This document shows, piece after piece, positions 1 through 9,654 of a stretch of DNA of 29,500 nucleotides; the first letter of the stretch is position 1, and every line of letters begins with the position of its first letter. Position numbers and translations under genes: made by a program. Under the pieces are notes generated by a model. The model was given only the letters and a program-made list of their open reading frames with translations, did not search any database and had not been told where the DNA came from. This stretch comes from a bacterium (lineage in GTDB: Bacteria; Patescibacteriota; Patescibacteriia; JAZDEU01), in the NCBI GenBank assembly GCA_043800235.1, contig JAZDNE010000080.1, positions 1 through 29,500 on the forward strand. Direction: 5' to 3'.

Positions 1-138
1 TCCTAAATTCCCATATTTCGGTCAAATTTTCCAAAAAATTCTTTGGCTTAGCTTAGGCTAAACCGCAAAATTTGTTTGAAAAATTATGCCTCGAAATCTG
101 GAAATTTATGACTAAAGGAGCATTCGGCGACAGTCCCA
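1..138 (-). mobile_element. Foldback MITE-like element, family A, copy 1 (cut by window start)
   Basis: Reverse complement is near-identical to 29356-29500; ends in GCATTCGGCGACAGTCCCA followed by TAA (139-141). Confidence 0.85.
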
Positions 139-143
139 TAAAG

Positions 144-713
144 ATGAAGTTTGAACAGGCGGAAAAATTATCTGATGAAGAGCTTGTAAAATTAACCTTG
201 TCAAATCAGGATTATTTTTTATTTATTATACATAGATATAAAATTAGGCTCTTTAATTATATTCGAAGAGTAACTAATATAAGTTATGAAGACGCGGAAG
301 ATATTTTACAAGATGTTTTTATAAAAATATACTTTAATCTTAATGATTTCGCGCCTGATTTAAAATTTTCATCATGGGTTTACGCCATTGCCAGAAATCA
401 AGCAATAAGCAATTATAGGAAGTTGCGATCAAGAGCGGAAGGACATAAAACGGATTTTAATGATGATATAGTTAATGATTTGGTTTTTGAAATAGATATC
501 AATAAAAATATAGACGCAAAATTTTTAAAAGAGAATGTTCAAAAGATTTTGAGCAGTATGAATGGAAAATATAGAGAAGTGTTAGTTTTGAAATTTTTAG
601 AAGATAAGAGTTATCAAGAAATATCAGATATTATAAAAAAGCCATCAGGAACAGTAGGATCTATGATAAATAAAGCAAAGAAAATATTTAGGGATAAATT
701 AAATAATATATGA
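144..713 (+). CDS. ECF-type RNA polymerase sigma-70 factor
   Basis: Region 2 (DAEDILQDVFIK, KFSSWVYAIARN) and region 4 (YQEISDIIKKPSGTVGSMINKAK). ATG 144 preferred because 72-138 lies in the repeat. Confidence 0.9.
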   Translation: MKFEQAEKLSDEELVKLTLSNQDYFLFIIHRYKIRLFNYIRRVTNISYEDAEDILQDVFIKIYFNLNDFAPDLKFSSWVYAIARNQAISNYRKLRSRAEGHKTDFNDDIVNDLVFEIDINKNIDAKFLKENVQKILSSMNGKYREVLVLKFLEDKSYQEISDIIKKPSGTVGSMINKAKKIFRDKLNNI

Positions 714-1489
714 TTCAAAATAATGATTTTGATAAAAAATTATTAGATGCTATAAAAGATAAAAAAATATTCCCTAAGCCGAAATGGAAATTTTTATTTA
801 AAAAATTTATTATTTGGATAGCTGGCATATTATCGTTATTATTGGGCGCTATTGCTGTGTCTCTAATTATTTATATAAGTAAATTTGATGATAGAGGCGT
901 ATTTAGAAGGATAGGCAAAGGAATCCCAGAAGTTATTTTATTAAGCGTCCCTTTTTTTTGGATTTTATGTTTGGCTTTGTTTATTTTTTTAGTTTATCTT
1001 AATTTTAAAAAAACAAAAACAGGGTATCGTTATTCGATATTGGCGATTATCGCGAGCGCTATTTTTTTGAGTGTTTTATTAGGCGCTGTATTTTATCGCG
1101 CTGGGTTGAGTATGAAAATTGATGATATATTGGGAAGAAAAGCTCCATTTTATGATAGAATAATAAATCCGCATATACAGTTTTGGTCAAAACCTGAAGA
1201 GGGAAGATTGTCTGGTTTAATATTATCAAAAGGAGATAATTTTTTAACAGTAGTAGATAAATTAAAGCAAGAGTGGAATGTAAGTTTTAAAAATTTTCAA
1301 AATTTTGATAATATCAAAGCGGGAGTCCCAGCGCGGTTTATAGGAAAAAAATTATCTGTTAATGAATTTGAAGCATTTGAAATTTTGCCGATGAGATCCG
1401 GACGAGGATTTTATGATCGTTTTAGACCTAAATTCCTTTCTCCCGATCGCCATGATAAATTTAGACCGTATAAATTTATCGGTAAATAA
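710..1489 (+). CDS. Membrane protein with about 3 TM helices, probable anti-sigma partner
   Basis: Overlaps the sigma stop codon; three hydrophobic segments plus a soluble C-terminal domain. Function inferred from position only. Confidence 0.55.
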   Translation: MIQNNDFDKKLLDAIKDKKIFPKPKWKFLFKKFIIWIAGILSLLLGAIAVSLIIYISKFDDRGVFRRIGKGIPEVILLSVPFFWILCLALFIFLVYLNFKKTKTGYRYSILAIIASAIFLSVLLGAVFYRAGLSMKIDDILGRKAPFYDRIINPHIQFWSKPEEGRLSGLILSKGDNFLTVVDKLKQEWNVSFKNFQNFDNIKAGVPARFIGKKLSVNEFEAFEILPMRSGRGFYDRFRPKFLSPDRHDKFRPYKFIGK

Positions 1490-1496
1490 ATAATTT

Positions 1497-3578
1497 ATGG
1501 ATACTAAAGAAATTACAAAGAAAACTAAAAAAATTAGATTTTTTAAGACTAAAAAGTTTTTGCTGTTTGCTATAATAATTGTTTTTTCCGCAAGCTATTA
1601 TTTTTATAAATCTAAAAATACGCAAGTTGAGACGATTCAGTATGTTTTAGGCAAAGTTGAAAGAGGATCTATTTTAACTTCTGTTTCTGGATCTGGGCAG
1701 GTTGTGGTTTCTAATCAAGTAGATATTAAATCTAAAGTTTCGGGAGAGATAATTTATAGCAATATTAAAAATGGACAAGAAGTTAAAAGCGACGAGATAC
1801 TTTTTAAAATTGATGATCGCGACGCGCAGGGGGCGGTAAAAGACGCGAGCGCAGACCTTCAAACATCCAAACTTGAATTCGAGGAATTATTGAAGCCCGC
1901 GAGTGAAAGTGAAATTTTGCAGGCGGAAAATTCAATTAACTCCGCTAAAAGAAATTTGGAAAAATTATTAAATCCTCCTGACGCATTAGAACTTATGAAA
2001 GCGGAAAATGCTTTAAGCCAAGCGAAAGATAATTTTGAAAAATTAAAAGCGAGTCAAAAAAATACTTATCAGGAAATTTTAGATCAAATTAAAGAAGCCG
2101 AGTCTGATCTTGAGAAATCTTATGAGGATTCTTTTAATACGATAGCAAATAGTTTTTTAGATCTGCCAGAAATGATTACTAATTTGCGAGATATTCTTTA
2201 TAGCGAAGAAATCGCCGATAGTGAAATTACTATGGGGAATACTTGGAATATATCCGCTTTGAAAAACTCCATTTCTTCTTATGATTTTATGCAAGAATTA
2301 CAAAAATATATTGATAATTCGGAGTTAGTTTATAAAAACGCGAGAGAGAAATATGATGTTAATTATGATAATTATAAAAAATCAAGCCGCTATTCCAATA
2401 AAGATGTTATTGAAACATTATTGTCAGAAACATTAGAAACGACTAAGACATTTTCAGAAACAATTAAAAGCGAAGCCAATATGTTTGATTATTGGGTAGA
2501 TTGCCGTTCGCAAATGGGGCAGGAAATATTTAGCATGATAACCGAATATCAAGCTGAATTAAAAACTTACACATCAAAAATCAATGGACATATAACAAAT
2601 ATTTTATCCGCAAAAAGCGCTATTGAAAATAGTAAAGAAGCTAAAGCGAATGCTGAAACTGATCGTATAGAAATGGAACAAAATAATCCTTTAGATTTGC
2701 TTGCGTCAGAGCAGTCTATTAAAGAAAAAGAGCAGACGCTCGCAGATTTAAAAGCTGGAGCGGAATATTCCGAGATCGAAGCGGCAAAGGAATCTTTAGC
2801 GGAAAAAGAGATGGCTTTAAAAGAATTAAAATTGGGTCCGGATGAGCTTGAAATAAGAGCGAAAAAAATTGCTGTTCAGCAAAAAGAAGAAACATTGCGA
2901 AAAGCGCGAGAAGTTTTGACTGATTATAGCATTAAAGCTCCTTTTGGCGGCGTGATAGCGGAAGTATTAGCCTTTAAGGGTGAGGCAGTCTCGTCTGGAA
3001 CAAGTTTTGCAACGATCATTACTCGGCAAAAAATAGCTGAAATTACATTTAATGAGATTGATATCGCGAAAGTCAAAATAGGGCAGAAAGCAGTTTTAAA
3101 TTTCACTGCCATAGATGGTTTATCAATTAGCGGAGAAGTGGCTGAACTTGATAATATTGGAACAATAACGCAGGGGGTAGTAAATTATACAGTAAAAATA
3201 GCTTTTGATACGCAGGATGAGAGAATAAAACCGCAAATGAGCGTATCGGCTACGATTACCACTAACCAAAAATTAGACACTCTGATCGCGCCGAATTCCG
3301 CTGTTAAAAATTCAAATGGGCAATATTATGTGGAGATGATTGCCCCTGAAGATGAAATTTTAAGCGAAAGCGGAGTTAGTTCAAAAAAACCTTTGGAACA
3401 TAAATTAGTTGAGATAGGATTATCTAATGATGATAACGCGGAAATTTTAAGCGGGCTTGAAGAAGGCGAAAAAATTATTATAAAAATTATAAATAATAGC
3501 GCTAATCAAACTCAATCAAGACAAACTGGCGGATTGCAGTTGTTTGGAGGAGGAGGCAATATTCGGATGATGAGATAA
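1497..3578 (+). CDS. Efflux periplasmic adaptor (HlyD/MacA-like) with very long coiled-coil
   Basis: N-terminal TM, lipoyl-like halves (VSGSGQV..IKSKVSGEI; IKAPFGGVI), beta-barrel end (GVVNYTVKI..IKPQMSVSA), long helical insert. Confidence 0.85.
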   Translation: MDTKEITKKTKKIRFFKTKKFLLFAIIIVFSASYYFYKSKNTQVETIQYVLGKVERGSILTSVSGSGQVVVSNQVDIKSKVSGEIIYSNIKNGQEVKSDEILFKIDDRDAQGAVKDASADLQTSKLEFEELLKPASESEILQAENSINSAKRNLEKLLNPPDALELMKAENALSQAKDNFEKLKASQKNTYQEILDQIKEAESDLEKSYEDSFNTIANSFLDLPEMITNLRDILYSEEIADSEITMGNTWNISALKNSISSYDFMQELQKYIDNSELVYKNAREKYDVNYDNYKKSSRYSNKDVIETLLSETLETTKTFSETIKSEANMFDYWVDCRSQMGQEIFSMITEYQAELKTYTSKINGHITNILSAKSAIENSKEAKANAETDRIEMEQNNPLDLLASEQSIKEKEQTLADLKAGAEYSEIEAAKESLAEKEMALKELKLGPDELEIRAKKIAVQQKEETLRKAREVLTDYSIKAPFGGVIAEVLAFKGEAVSSGTSFATIITRQKIAEITFNEIDIAKVKIGQKAVLNFTAIDGLSISGEVAELDNIGTITQGVVNYTVKIAFDTQDERIKPQMSVSATITTNQKLDTLIAPNSAVKNSNGQYYVEMIAPEDEILSESGVSSKKPLEHKLVEIGLSNDDNAEILSGLEEGEKIIIKIINNSANQTQSRQTGGLQLFGGGGNIRMMR

Positions 3579-3585
3579 ATTTAAT

Positions 3586-4257
3586 ATGATAGAATGTATA
3601 AATATAAATAAAATTTATGAAAATGGCGAGGTGGTTGTTCATATATTGAAAAATATATCTTTTAAAATTAAGAAAGGAGAATTTGTAGCCATAACTGGAC
3701 CTTCTGGTTCGGGCAAATCAACACTTATGCATATCATCGGAGCGCTTGATTCTCCTACTGACGGGAAGTATTTTTTGAATGGCGAAGATGTGTCTCTATT
3801 AAGCGATGAAGAATTAGCAAATATAAGAAAGAATAAAATTGGTTTCGTTTTTCAGTCATTTAATTTATTGCCAAGATCTACTGTTTTGCGCAATATAATG
3901 TTGCCATTAGTATATGCGGAAATTCCAGTTGCCGATAGGGAAGAAATGGCAAAAAAAGCCTTAATATCAGCGGGATTAGATGAGGATAGGTGGCATCATC
4001 TTACCAATCAGCTTTCAGGAGGACAGATGCAGAGAGTCGCGATAGCGCGCGCTTTAGTAAATAATCCTTCAATAATTTTAGCGGATGAGCCAACCGGCAA
4101 TTTAGATACTAAAACAGGGCAAATCGTGCTTAATACTTTTAAGAAATTAAATCAGAAAGAGGGGCATACAATTATTTTAATCACACATGAAAGCGAGGTC
4201 GCTAAATATGCCGATAGAGTTATAAATATCAAAGACGGTATTATAATCGCGCAGTAA
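3586..4257 (+). CDS. ABC transporter ATP-binding protein (MacB/LolD-like)
   Basis: Walker [10 protein letters not shown], signature LSGGQMQR, Walker [13 protein letters not shown]-loop ITHE. Confidence 0.95.
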   Translation: MIECININKIYENGEVVVHILKNISFKIKKGEFVAITGPSGSGKSTLMHIIGALDSPTDGKYFLNGEDVSLLSDEELANIRKNKIGFVFQSFNLLPRSTVLRNIMLPLVYAEIPVADREEMAKKALISAGLDEDRWHHLTNQLSGGQMQRVAIARALVNNPSIILADEPTGNLDTKTGQIVLNTFKKLNQKEGHTIILITHESEVAKYADRVINIKDGIIIAQ

Positions 4258-4271
4258 GTAAAGTTATTTTT

Positions 4272-5498
4272 ATGCTTTTATACGATTTATATCAGGAAAC
4301 ATTTTTAGCCGTTAAGGCAAATAAAGCAAGATCAGGACTAACAATTCTTGGGATTATTATTGGTATTGGGTCGGTAATAGCTATGGTTTCCATAGGTCAG
4401 GGAGCTCAAAAATCCATTGAATCAAGCATTGAATCGATTGGATCAAATTTAATTATGGTAATGCCTGGATTTCAAAGATCAGCCGTTGGCGGCGGTGTAA
4501 GCGCCGGACGCGGAAGCGCGCAAACTCTTAAAATTGAAGATGCGGACGCTATAAAAAATGAAATTTTACAAATTAAGGCGGTAGCGCCGGATTTATCTCG
4601 ACGGTATCAGATAACATTTAAGGGGAAAAATACAAATACTCAAGTAGTAGGGACATCGCCTTCTTACGCGGATGTTCGAAATTTAGAAATAGATCAAGGT
4701 TCTTTTATCTCTGAGCAAGACGCGCGAGCATTAAATAAAGTAGCAGTTCTTGCCCCTAATGCAAGAGATGATCTTTTTGGGGAAGGAGCTGAATCCATAG
4801 GGAACACAATACGGATAAATCAGGTTGATTTTAAAGTAATAGGAATTACAAAATCAAAAGGCGCGACAGGTTATGGGAATCAAGATGATATGGTTTTTGT
4901 TCCACTTTCTACAGCTCAACGATATTTATCAGGAGATAATTATTTATCAACAATAACTGTTCAGACTGAAAACCAATCCGCGTTGACTTCCGTTCAAAAT
5001 CAGATAAGAGATCTTTTATTGGCTCGCCATAAAATAAATGATCCGCAAATGGCAGATTTCCAAATTTTAAATCAGGCAGATATTATCGCCACAGCTTCTT
5101 CTGTAACAGGAACATTTACTATGCTTTTGGCGGCTATTGCCGGGATTTCTTTAATTGTTGGCGGAATCGGCATTATGAATATGATGCTCACAAATGTCAC
5201 AGAACGCACAAAGGAGATCGGTCTGCGCAAAGCTATTGGAGCTCAAAAGAACGATATAAGCAATCAATTTTTAGCGGAAGCGGTAATGCTTACTTTGATT
5301 GGAGGAATATTCGGTATTTTATTGGGATGGATTATTTCGCTTATTATATCAAAATTTGCGGGAATAGCGACTAATATTTCGATATATTCAATCATTTTAG
5401 CGTGTGGCGTATCTGCCGCTATTGGAATTATATTTGGGTATTATCCTGCCAGAAGGGCGGCTAGGCTTAATCCGATTGAAGCGTTGAGATACGAATAA
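4272..5498 (+). CDS. ABC transporter permease (MacB/FtsX family)
   Basis: RSGLTILGIIIGIGSVI, VGGIGIMNMML..VTERTKEIGLRKAIGA, C-terminal PARRAARLNPIEALRYE. Confidence 0.95.
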   Translation: MLLYDLYQETFLAVKANKARSGLTILGIIIGIGSVIAMVSIGQGAQKSIESSIESIGSNLIMVMPGFQRSAVGGGVSAGRGSAQTLKIEDADAIKNEILQIKAVAPDLSRRYQITFKGKNTNTQVVGTSPSYADVRNLEIDQGSFISEQDARALNKVAVLAPNARDDLFGEGAESIGNTIRINQVDFKVIGITKSKGATGYGNQDDMVFVPLSTAQRYLSGDNYLSTITVQTENQSALTSVQNQIRDLLLARHKINDPQMADFQILNQADIIATASSVTGTFTMLLAAIAGISLIVGGIGIMNMMLTNVTERTKEIGLRKAIGAQKNDISNQFLAEAVMLTLIGGIFGILLGWIISLIISKFAGIATNISIYSIILACGVSAAIGIIFGYYPARRAARLNPIEALRYE

Positions 5499-5500
5499 TA

Positions 5501-5640
5501 TTAGATTTTTGCCATATGCCCGTCATCCTTAAACGAGTCAAAGCGAGTGAATAATCTCTTGATTAAGCGAAAAAAACTTTGGGATTATTTGTTCCTTTTT
5601 CTCTCAGAATTACGGATAACGGCATTCGGCGACAGTCTCT
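5501..5640 (-). mobile_element. Family B element, decayed copy
   Basis: GTGAATAATC..AAGCGAAAAAAACT.TGGGATT..CTCAGAAT.ACG..CATTCGGC aligns with the reverse complement of 22294-22436; right end GGCATTCGGCGACAGTCTCT then TTA. Left end is degenerate. Confidence 0.75.
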
Positions 5641-5651
5641 TTAAAAAATTT

Positions 5652-6074
5652 ATGACTAAAAAATTTATTTTGATCGCTATTGGCGCTGTTATTATTGTTG
5701 GCGCCGCATCTTTTTATGGAGGGATGACTTACGGGAAGTATAATAAAAGTTTTCAGGCTAATATGTCGCAGAGAACTAATAGTAATTTTCAACAATTTAG
5801 GCAGGGAATGGGCAATAGAGCTGGAGAAGGTTTAGTAAATGGGGAAATAATAAAAAAAGATGATGAAAGCATCACTGTGAAATTGCGGGATGGCGGATCG
5901 AAAATTATTTATATATCAAACAAAACAGGTATTATGAAATCAGTAGATGGCGTTAAAGATGATCTTGAAATTGGAGAAAATGCGATGGTTAATGGAAAAG
6001 TAAATTCTGACGGGAGTATTGCGGCTGAAACTATTCAGTTAAGAAAAAATATCAAATTACAAAATAGGGATTAA
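5652..6074 (+). CDS. Membrane-anchored protein with OB-fold/DUF5666-like domain
   Basis: N-terminal TM then GEIIKKDDESITVKL..DLEIGENAMVNG..DGSIAAETIQ. ATG 5652 preferred because the upstream extension is repeat-derived. Confidence 0.6.
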   Translation: MTKKFILIAIGAVIIVGAASFYGGMTYGKYNKSFQANMSQRTNSNFQQFRQGMGNRAGEGLVNGEIIKKDDESITVKLRDGGSKIIYISNKTGIMKSVDGVKDDLEIGENAMVNGKVNSDGSIAAETIQLRKNIKLQNRD

Positions 6075-6092
6075 AAAATTGGTTTATTTTTT

Positions 6093-6136
6093 AAAAAGGC
6101 GAATTTTTGTCTTCGCAGGCAGAAAATCGCTTTTTT
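6093..6136 (+). terminator. Probable intrinsic terminator of the exporter operon
   Basis: Imperfect stem AAAAAGGCGAATTTTTGTCT / AGGCAGAAAATCGCTTTTT ending in a T-run. Confidence 0.55.
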
Positions 6137-6145
6137 GCTTTTAGT

Positions 6146-6173
6146 TTGACAAAAATTGGCAAGGGGGTATAAT
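6146..6173 (+). promoter_or_regulatory. Sigma70-type promoter for iscU-nifU-mutS
   Basis: TTGACA (6146-6151), 16-bp spacer, TATAAT (6168-6173). Confidence 0.75.
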
Positions 6174-6213
6174 TTGATTAGATTTATATAAATTAATTTG
6201 TTAATAAAAATAT

Positions 6214-6663
6214 ATGTACTCAAAACAAGTTTTAAAACATTTTAAAAATCCGCATAATCAGGGGAAGATGGAAAATCCTACTGTTATCGGGGTTGCGGGA
6301 AATCCTGTTTGCGGGGATACGATGAAGATATATATAAAAGTTTCCGCCAAAGGCGGATCCGCCTCTGGCGGAAAGAGTGGTAAAATAAATAATTGCGATA
6401 AAAAATCCTCCTTAATCCCACTTTGCGAAAGGGGGAAATGTAAGATTGAGGATATAAAATTTGAGACATTGGGATGCGCGGCTGCGATAGCTTCTTCTTC
6501 AGTTTTGACGGATATGGCAAAAGGAAAAACTTTAGGCGAGGCATTAGAAATTACAAAAGGAGATGTAATAAAAAAATTAGGCGGTTTGCCGTCGCATAAA
6601 GAGCATTGTTCGCTTATAGCGGTTGATGCGTTGAGAAATGCCATAGATAAATTGAAAAAGTGA
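6214..6663 (+). CDS. iscU: IscU/NifU N-terminal-type Fe-S scaffold with repeat-derived insert
   Basis: MYSKQVLKHFKNPHN, NPVCGD, KFETLGCAAAIASSS, K.HCS: the three conserved Cys are present. Confidence 0.85.
   Translation: MYSKQVLKHFKNPHNQGKMENPTVIGVAGNPVCGDTMKIYIKVSAKGGSASGGKSGKINNCDKKSSLIPLCERGKCKIEDIKFETLGCAAAIASSSVLTDMAKGKTLGEALEITKGDVIKKLGGLPSHKEHCSLIAVDALRNAIDKLKK
6343..6372 (+). repeat. Double-hairpin palindrome in frame in iscU
   Basis: TCCGCC-AAA-GGCGGA-TCCGCC-TCT-GGCGGA, encoding SAKGGSASGG. Confidence 0.85.
6403..6436 (+). repeat. C-run/hairpin REP-like repeat in frame in iscU
   Basis: AAATCCTCCTTAA followed by stem TCCCACTTT-GCG-AAAGGGGGA. Confidence 0.6.
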
Positions 6664-6677
6664 AAAAAATAATTATT

Positions 6678-6908
6678 ATGAAGAATAAAATTTTAAAAAT
6701 ATTAAACAGTAAAATTAAACCGATGCTTCAAGCCGATGGCGGAGATTTGGAGTTAATTGAAGTCGATGAGAAAAATGGAATTGTAAAAGTTAGGATGACA
6801 GGCATGTGTTCTCATTGTCCTATGGCCGAGATGACTTTTCGGCATGGCATTGAAGAAGTTTTAAAAAAAGAAATTAAAGAAATTAAAAAAGTGGAATTGG
6901 CGAAATAG
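6678..6908 (+). CDS. NifU C-terminal (Nfu-type) Fe-S carrier domain protein
   Basis: IKPMLQADGGDLELI..VKVRMTGMCSHCPMA (CxxC). Start at 6660 or 6678 uncertain. Confidence 0.9.
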   Translation: MKNKILKILNSKIKPMLQADGGDLELIEVDEKNGIVKVRMTGMCSHCPMAEMTFRHGIEEVLKKEIKEIKKVELAK

Positions 6909-6909
6909 A

Positions 6910-6946
6910 GAATTATAAAATTAGAAATTAAAAAATTACAAATTAT
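6910..6946 (+). repeat. Degenerate 7-8 nt tandem repeat (AATTA core x5)
   Basis: GAATTAT AAAATTAG AAATTAA AAAATTAC AAATTAT, followed by a T-rich tract. Confidence 0.5.
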
Positions 6947-6979
6947 TTTTGTTTTGTTGTTTTTTGGTTTTTGACTTTT

Positions 6980-9589
6980 ATGACCCCGATGCTCAAACAA
7001 TATTTTGAGATAAAAGATAAACATAAGGATAAGATCCTTTTTTTTAGACTTGGTGATTTTTATGAAATGTTTGGCGCGGATGCTGAAAAAGCGTCAGTTA
7101 TTTTAGACATTGTTTTAACAGCGCGGCATAAAGGCACTGAGAATGAAATCCCTATGTGCGGTTTGCCGTATCATGCGGCGGATCAGTATATCGCTAAATT
7201 AACTAAAGCGGGAATGAAAGTCGCGATTTGCGAACAAGTTAGCGATCCGAGTTTGCCGGGAATAGTAAAAAGAGAAGTCGCGCAAATTATTACTCCTGGG
7301 ACAACTATGAATTCTTCTTTGCTTGATAAAGGGGAAAATAATTTTCTTGCATCCGTTGCGAGTAAATTGTTTCAAGAGACATCATCCGACTTGGTCGGAA
7401 CGGAAGGAAATAGAGAGCTTTTCGGCGTTGCATTTGTAGATTTGACAACAGGGGAATTTAAAGTAATGGAAATTTTTGGACAAGATAATTTAATCGCGGA
7501 ATTAAAAAGAATAAATCCCGCTGAAGTATTGGCAGACAATTTATTAAATAAATCAATTCAATGCGGCGGCGGCGAGAAAGCGGCAAATTGGTATTATATA
7601 TTTAAGAATGTAAGCAAGTTCATACCCGCAAATTATTTTGAGCCTGATAAAGTTTTATGCGAGCAATTTGGAGTGAATGGTTTGGAAGGATTTGGAATAG
7701 AAAAAATGAGAATAGGAATTCGCGCGGCGGCTAATTTAGCGATGTATTTGAAAGACACTCAAAAGAGGCAACTTAAACATATAAATAAAATTTCAGTTCA
7801 CAATCCTTATGATTATATGATTTTGGACGAGGCGACTATTAAAAATTTGGATTTGATATATAATTGGCAGATGAAATCGAAAGAAGGGACTTTAATTTCC
7901 ACGCTTGATAAAACATCTACCGCTATGGGCGCGCGGTTATTAAAGCAATGGATTCTCCGTCCTCTTATAAATATAAGCAACATTAAAAAAAGGTTGGGAG
8001 CGGTTGAATATTTTTACGATAATAATGATTTGCGGGATGAGCTTAGGATATTGTTTAAACAAATTTTGGATATAGAAAGATTATTGGCAAAAGTCGGATG
8101 TTTGAGAGTTAACGCGAGAGATCTTTTAGCTTTAAAAGAAAGTCTTAAAGTCGCGGAAAACATAAAAATGTATATTGCGAACTATGGCAATGGGATTGAA
8201 GAAATTTATGGAGCGCGAGAGATGAATGATTTAAAGTTAAAAGTTATTATAGATTTGATAGAAAAGTATATTTTGGATGATCCGCCCGTTTTAATTACTG
8301 ATGGCGGAATAATAAAAGATGGAAATAACAGCGAGTTGGATGAATTAAGGAATATTTCTAAAGGCGGCAAGTCATGGATTGCCGAATTACAGCAAAAAGA
8401 GCGGGAGAGGACGAATATAAATTCTTTAAAGATAAAGTTTAATAGAGTTTTCGGTTATTATATAGAGATTAGCAATGCTAATATTTCATCAGCGCCGGGA
8501 GATTATATAAGAAAACAAACTCTTGCAAACGGCGAGAGATTTACCACAGCTGAATTAAAAGAATATGAAGAAAAGGTTTTAAACGCTGAGGAGAAAATAA
8601 AGGAAATAGAATATAATATATTTATGGAAGTTGTTTTAAAGATTGCGGAATATTCTAAAATAATACAAAAAACAGCTTCTATTATCGCGGAATTTGATAT
8701 TTTTTTGAATTTTGCGCAGATCGCGAGAGAAAATAATTATGTAAAGCCTTACATTTCCGATAGCGCAAAAATTGATATTAAAGAAGGACGGCATCCCGTG
8801 ATTGAGCATAATAGCGAAGTTGATTTTGTCGCGAATGATTCCTGTTTGGATAATGAAAAACGCCGGTTTATAGTTTTAACGGGTCCTAATATGGCAGGGA
8901 AATCGGTTTATCTAAGACAGAATGCTTTAATTTGTTTAATGGCGCAAATAGGATCTTATGTCCCGGCGAAGGAAGCGAATCTTTGCGTGTTGGATAGAAT
9001 TTTTACTCGGGTTGGCGCGAGCGATAATATTGCGAAAGGGCAATCCACCTTTATGGTTGAAATGCAGGAAGCGGCAAGAATTATCCATAATGCTACTCAA
9101 AAAAGCCTTATTATTTTTGATGAATTGGGACGGGGCACGAGCACTTATGACGGGGTAAGCATAGCTTGGGCGGTTATAGAGCATATTCATAATAAAATAA
9201 AGGCGAAAACAGTTTTTGCAACTCATTATCATGAATTGGCGGAATTGGCGAATAATTTGGATGGTGTTCAGAATTTTCGAATGGCAGTATTAGAAAATGA
9301 GGATGGCGTAGTTTTTTTGCATAAGATAATTAAAGGCGGCATAGATAAAAGTTACGGGATAGAAGTCGCGAAATTGGCGGGGATGCCGCAAGAACTAATA
9401 AATAGAGCAAAGGAAATATTAAATAAATTGGAAAATGGACATAATTTCGATAATAAAACATATCATACGCAAGAGCCGTTGATTAAGATAGAATCAGAAG
9501 CGGAGAGGATAATTAGAGATCTTAATTTGAATAATATGACACCGATGGAAGCTTTAAATTTTTTGAAAAAAATGCAAAATAACGCCTAA
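6980..9589 (+). CDS. mutS: DNA mismatch repair protein MutS
   Basis: TPMLKQY, FFRLGDFYEMF, GPNMAGKS, STFMVEM, FDELGRGTST, FATHYHEL, SYGIEVA. Confidence 0.98.
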   Translation: MTPMLKQYFEIKDKHKDKILFFRLGDFYEMFGADAEKASVILDIVLTARHKGTENEIPMCGLPYHAADQYIAKLTKAGMKVAICEQVSDPSLPGIVKREVAQIITPGTTMNSSLLDKGENNFLASVASKLFQETSSDLVGTEGNRELFGVAFVDLTTGEFKVMEIFGQDNLIAELKRINPAEVLADNLLNKSIQCGGGEKAANWYYIFKNVSKFIPANYFEPDKVLCEQFGVNGLEGFGIEKMRIGIRAAANLAMYLKDTQKRQLKHINKISVHNPYDYMILDEATIKNLDLIYNWQMKSKEGTLISTLDKTSTAMGARLLKQWILRPLINISNIKKRLGAVEYFYDNNDLRDELRILFKQILDIERLLAKVGCLRVNARDLLALKESLKVAENIKMYIANYGNGIEEIYGAREMNDLKLKVIIDLIEKYILDDPPVLITDGGIIKDGNNSELDELRNISKGGKSWIAELQQKERERTNINSLKIKFNRVFGYYIEISNANISSAPGDYIRKQTLANGERFTTAELKEYEEKVLNAEEKIKEIEYNIFMEVVLKIAEYSKIIQKTASIIAEFDIFLNFAQIARENNYVKPYISDSAKIDIKEGRHPVIEHNSEVDFVANDSCLDNEKRRFIVLTGPNMAGKSVYLRQNALICLMAQIGSYVPAKEANLCVLDRIFTRVGASDNIAKGQSTFMVEMQEAARIIHNATQKSLIIFDELGRGTSTYDGVSIAWAVIEHIHNKIKAKTVFATHYHELAELANNLDGVQNFRMAVLENEDGVVFLHKIIKGGIDKSYGIEVAKLAGMPQELINRAKEILNKLENGHNFDNKTYHTQEPLIKIESEAERIIRDLNLNNMTPMEALNFLKKMQNNA
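7385..7399 (+). repeat. Short palindrome within an apparent MutS loop insert
   Basis: TCCGAC-TTG-GTCGGA. Confidence 0.4.
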
Positions 9590-9625
9590 TGGGACTTTCG
9601 CCAGATGTACCCGCCCGTCACCATT
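9590..9625 (+). repeat. Solo left TIR of the family A/B type, starting right after the mutS stop
   Basis: TAA|TGGGACTTTCGCCAGATG..CCCGTCACC, resembling the start of family B. Confidence 0.6.
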
Positions 9626-9654
9626 AAAAGTTAAAAAATTTTTAATTATTAAAT

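Noticed and set aside
72-143. N-terminal extension of the sigma factor ORF
   Set aside because: Encoded by family A copy 1; sigma homology begins at ATG 144.
5547-5651. N-terminal extension of the DUF5666-like ORF
   Set aside because: Encoded by the decayed family B element; the TM anchor starts at ATG 5652.
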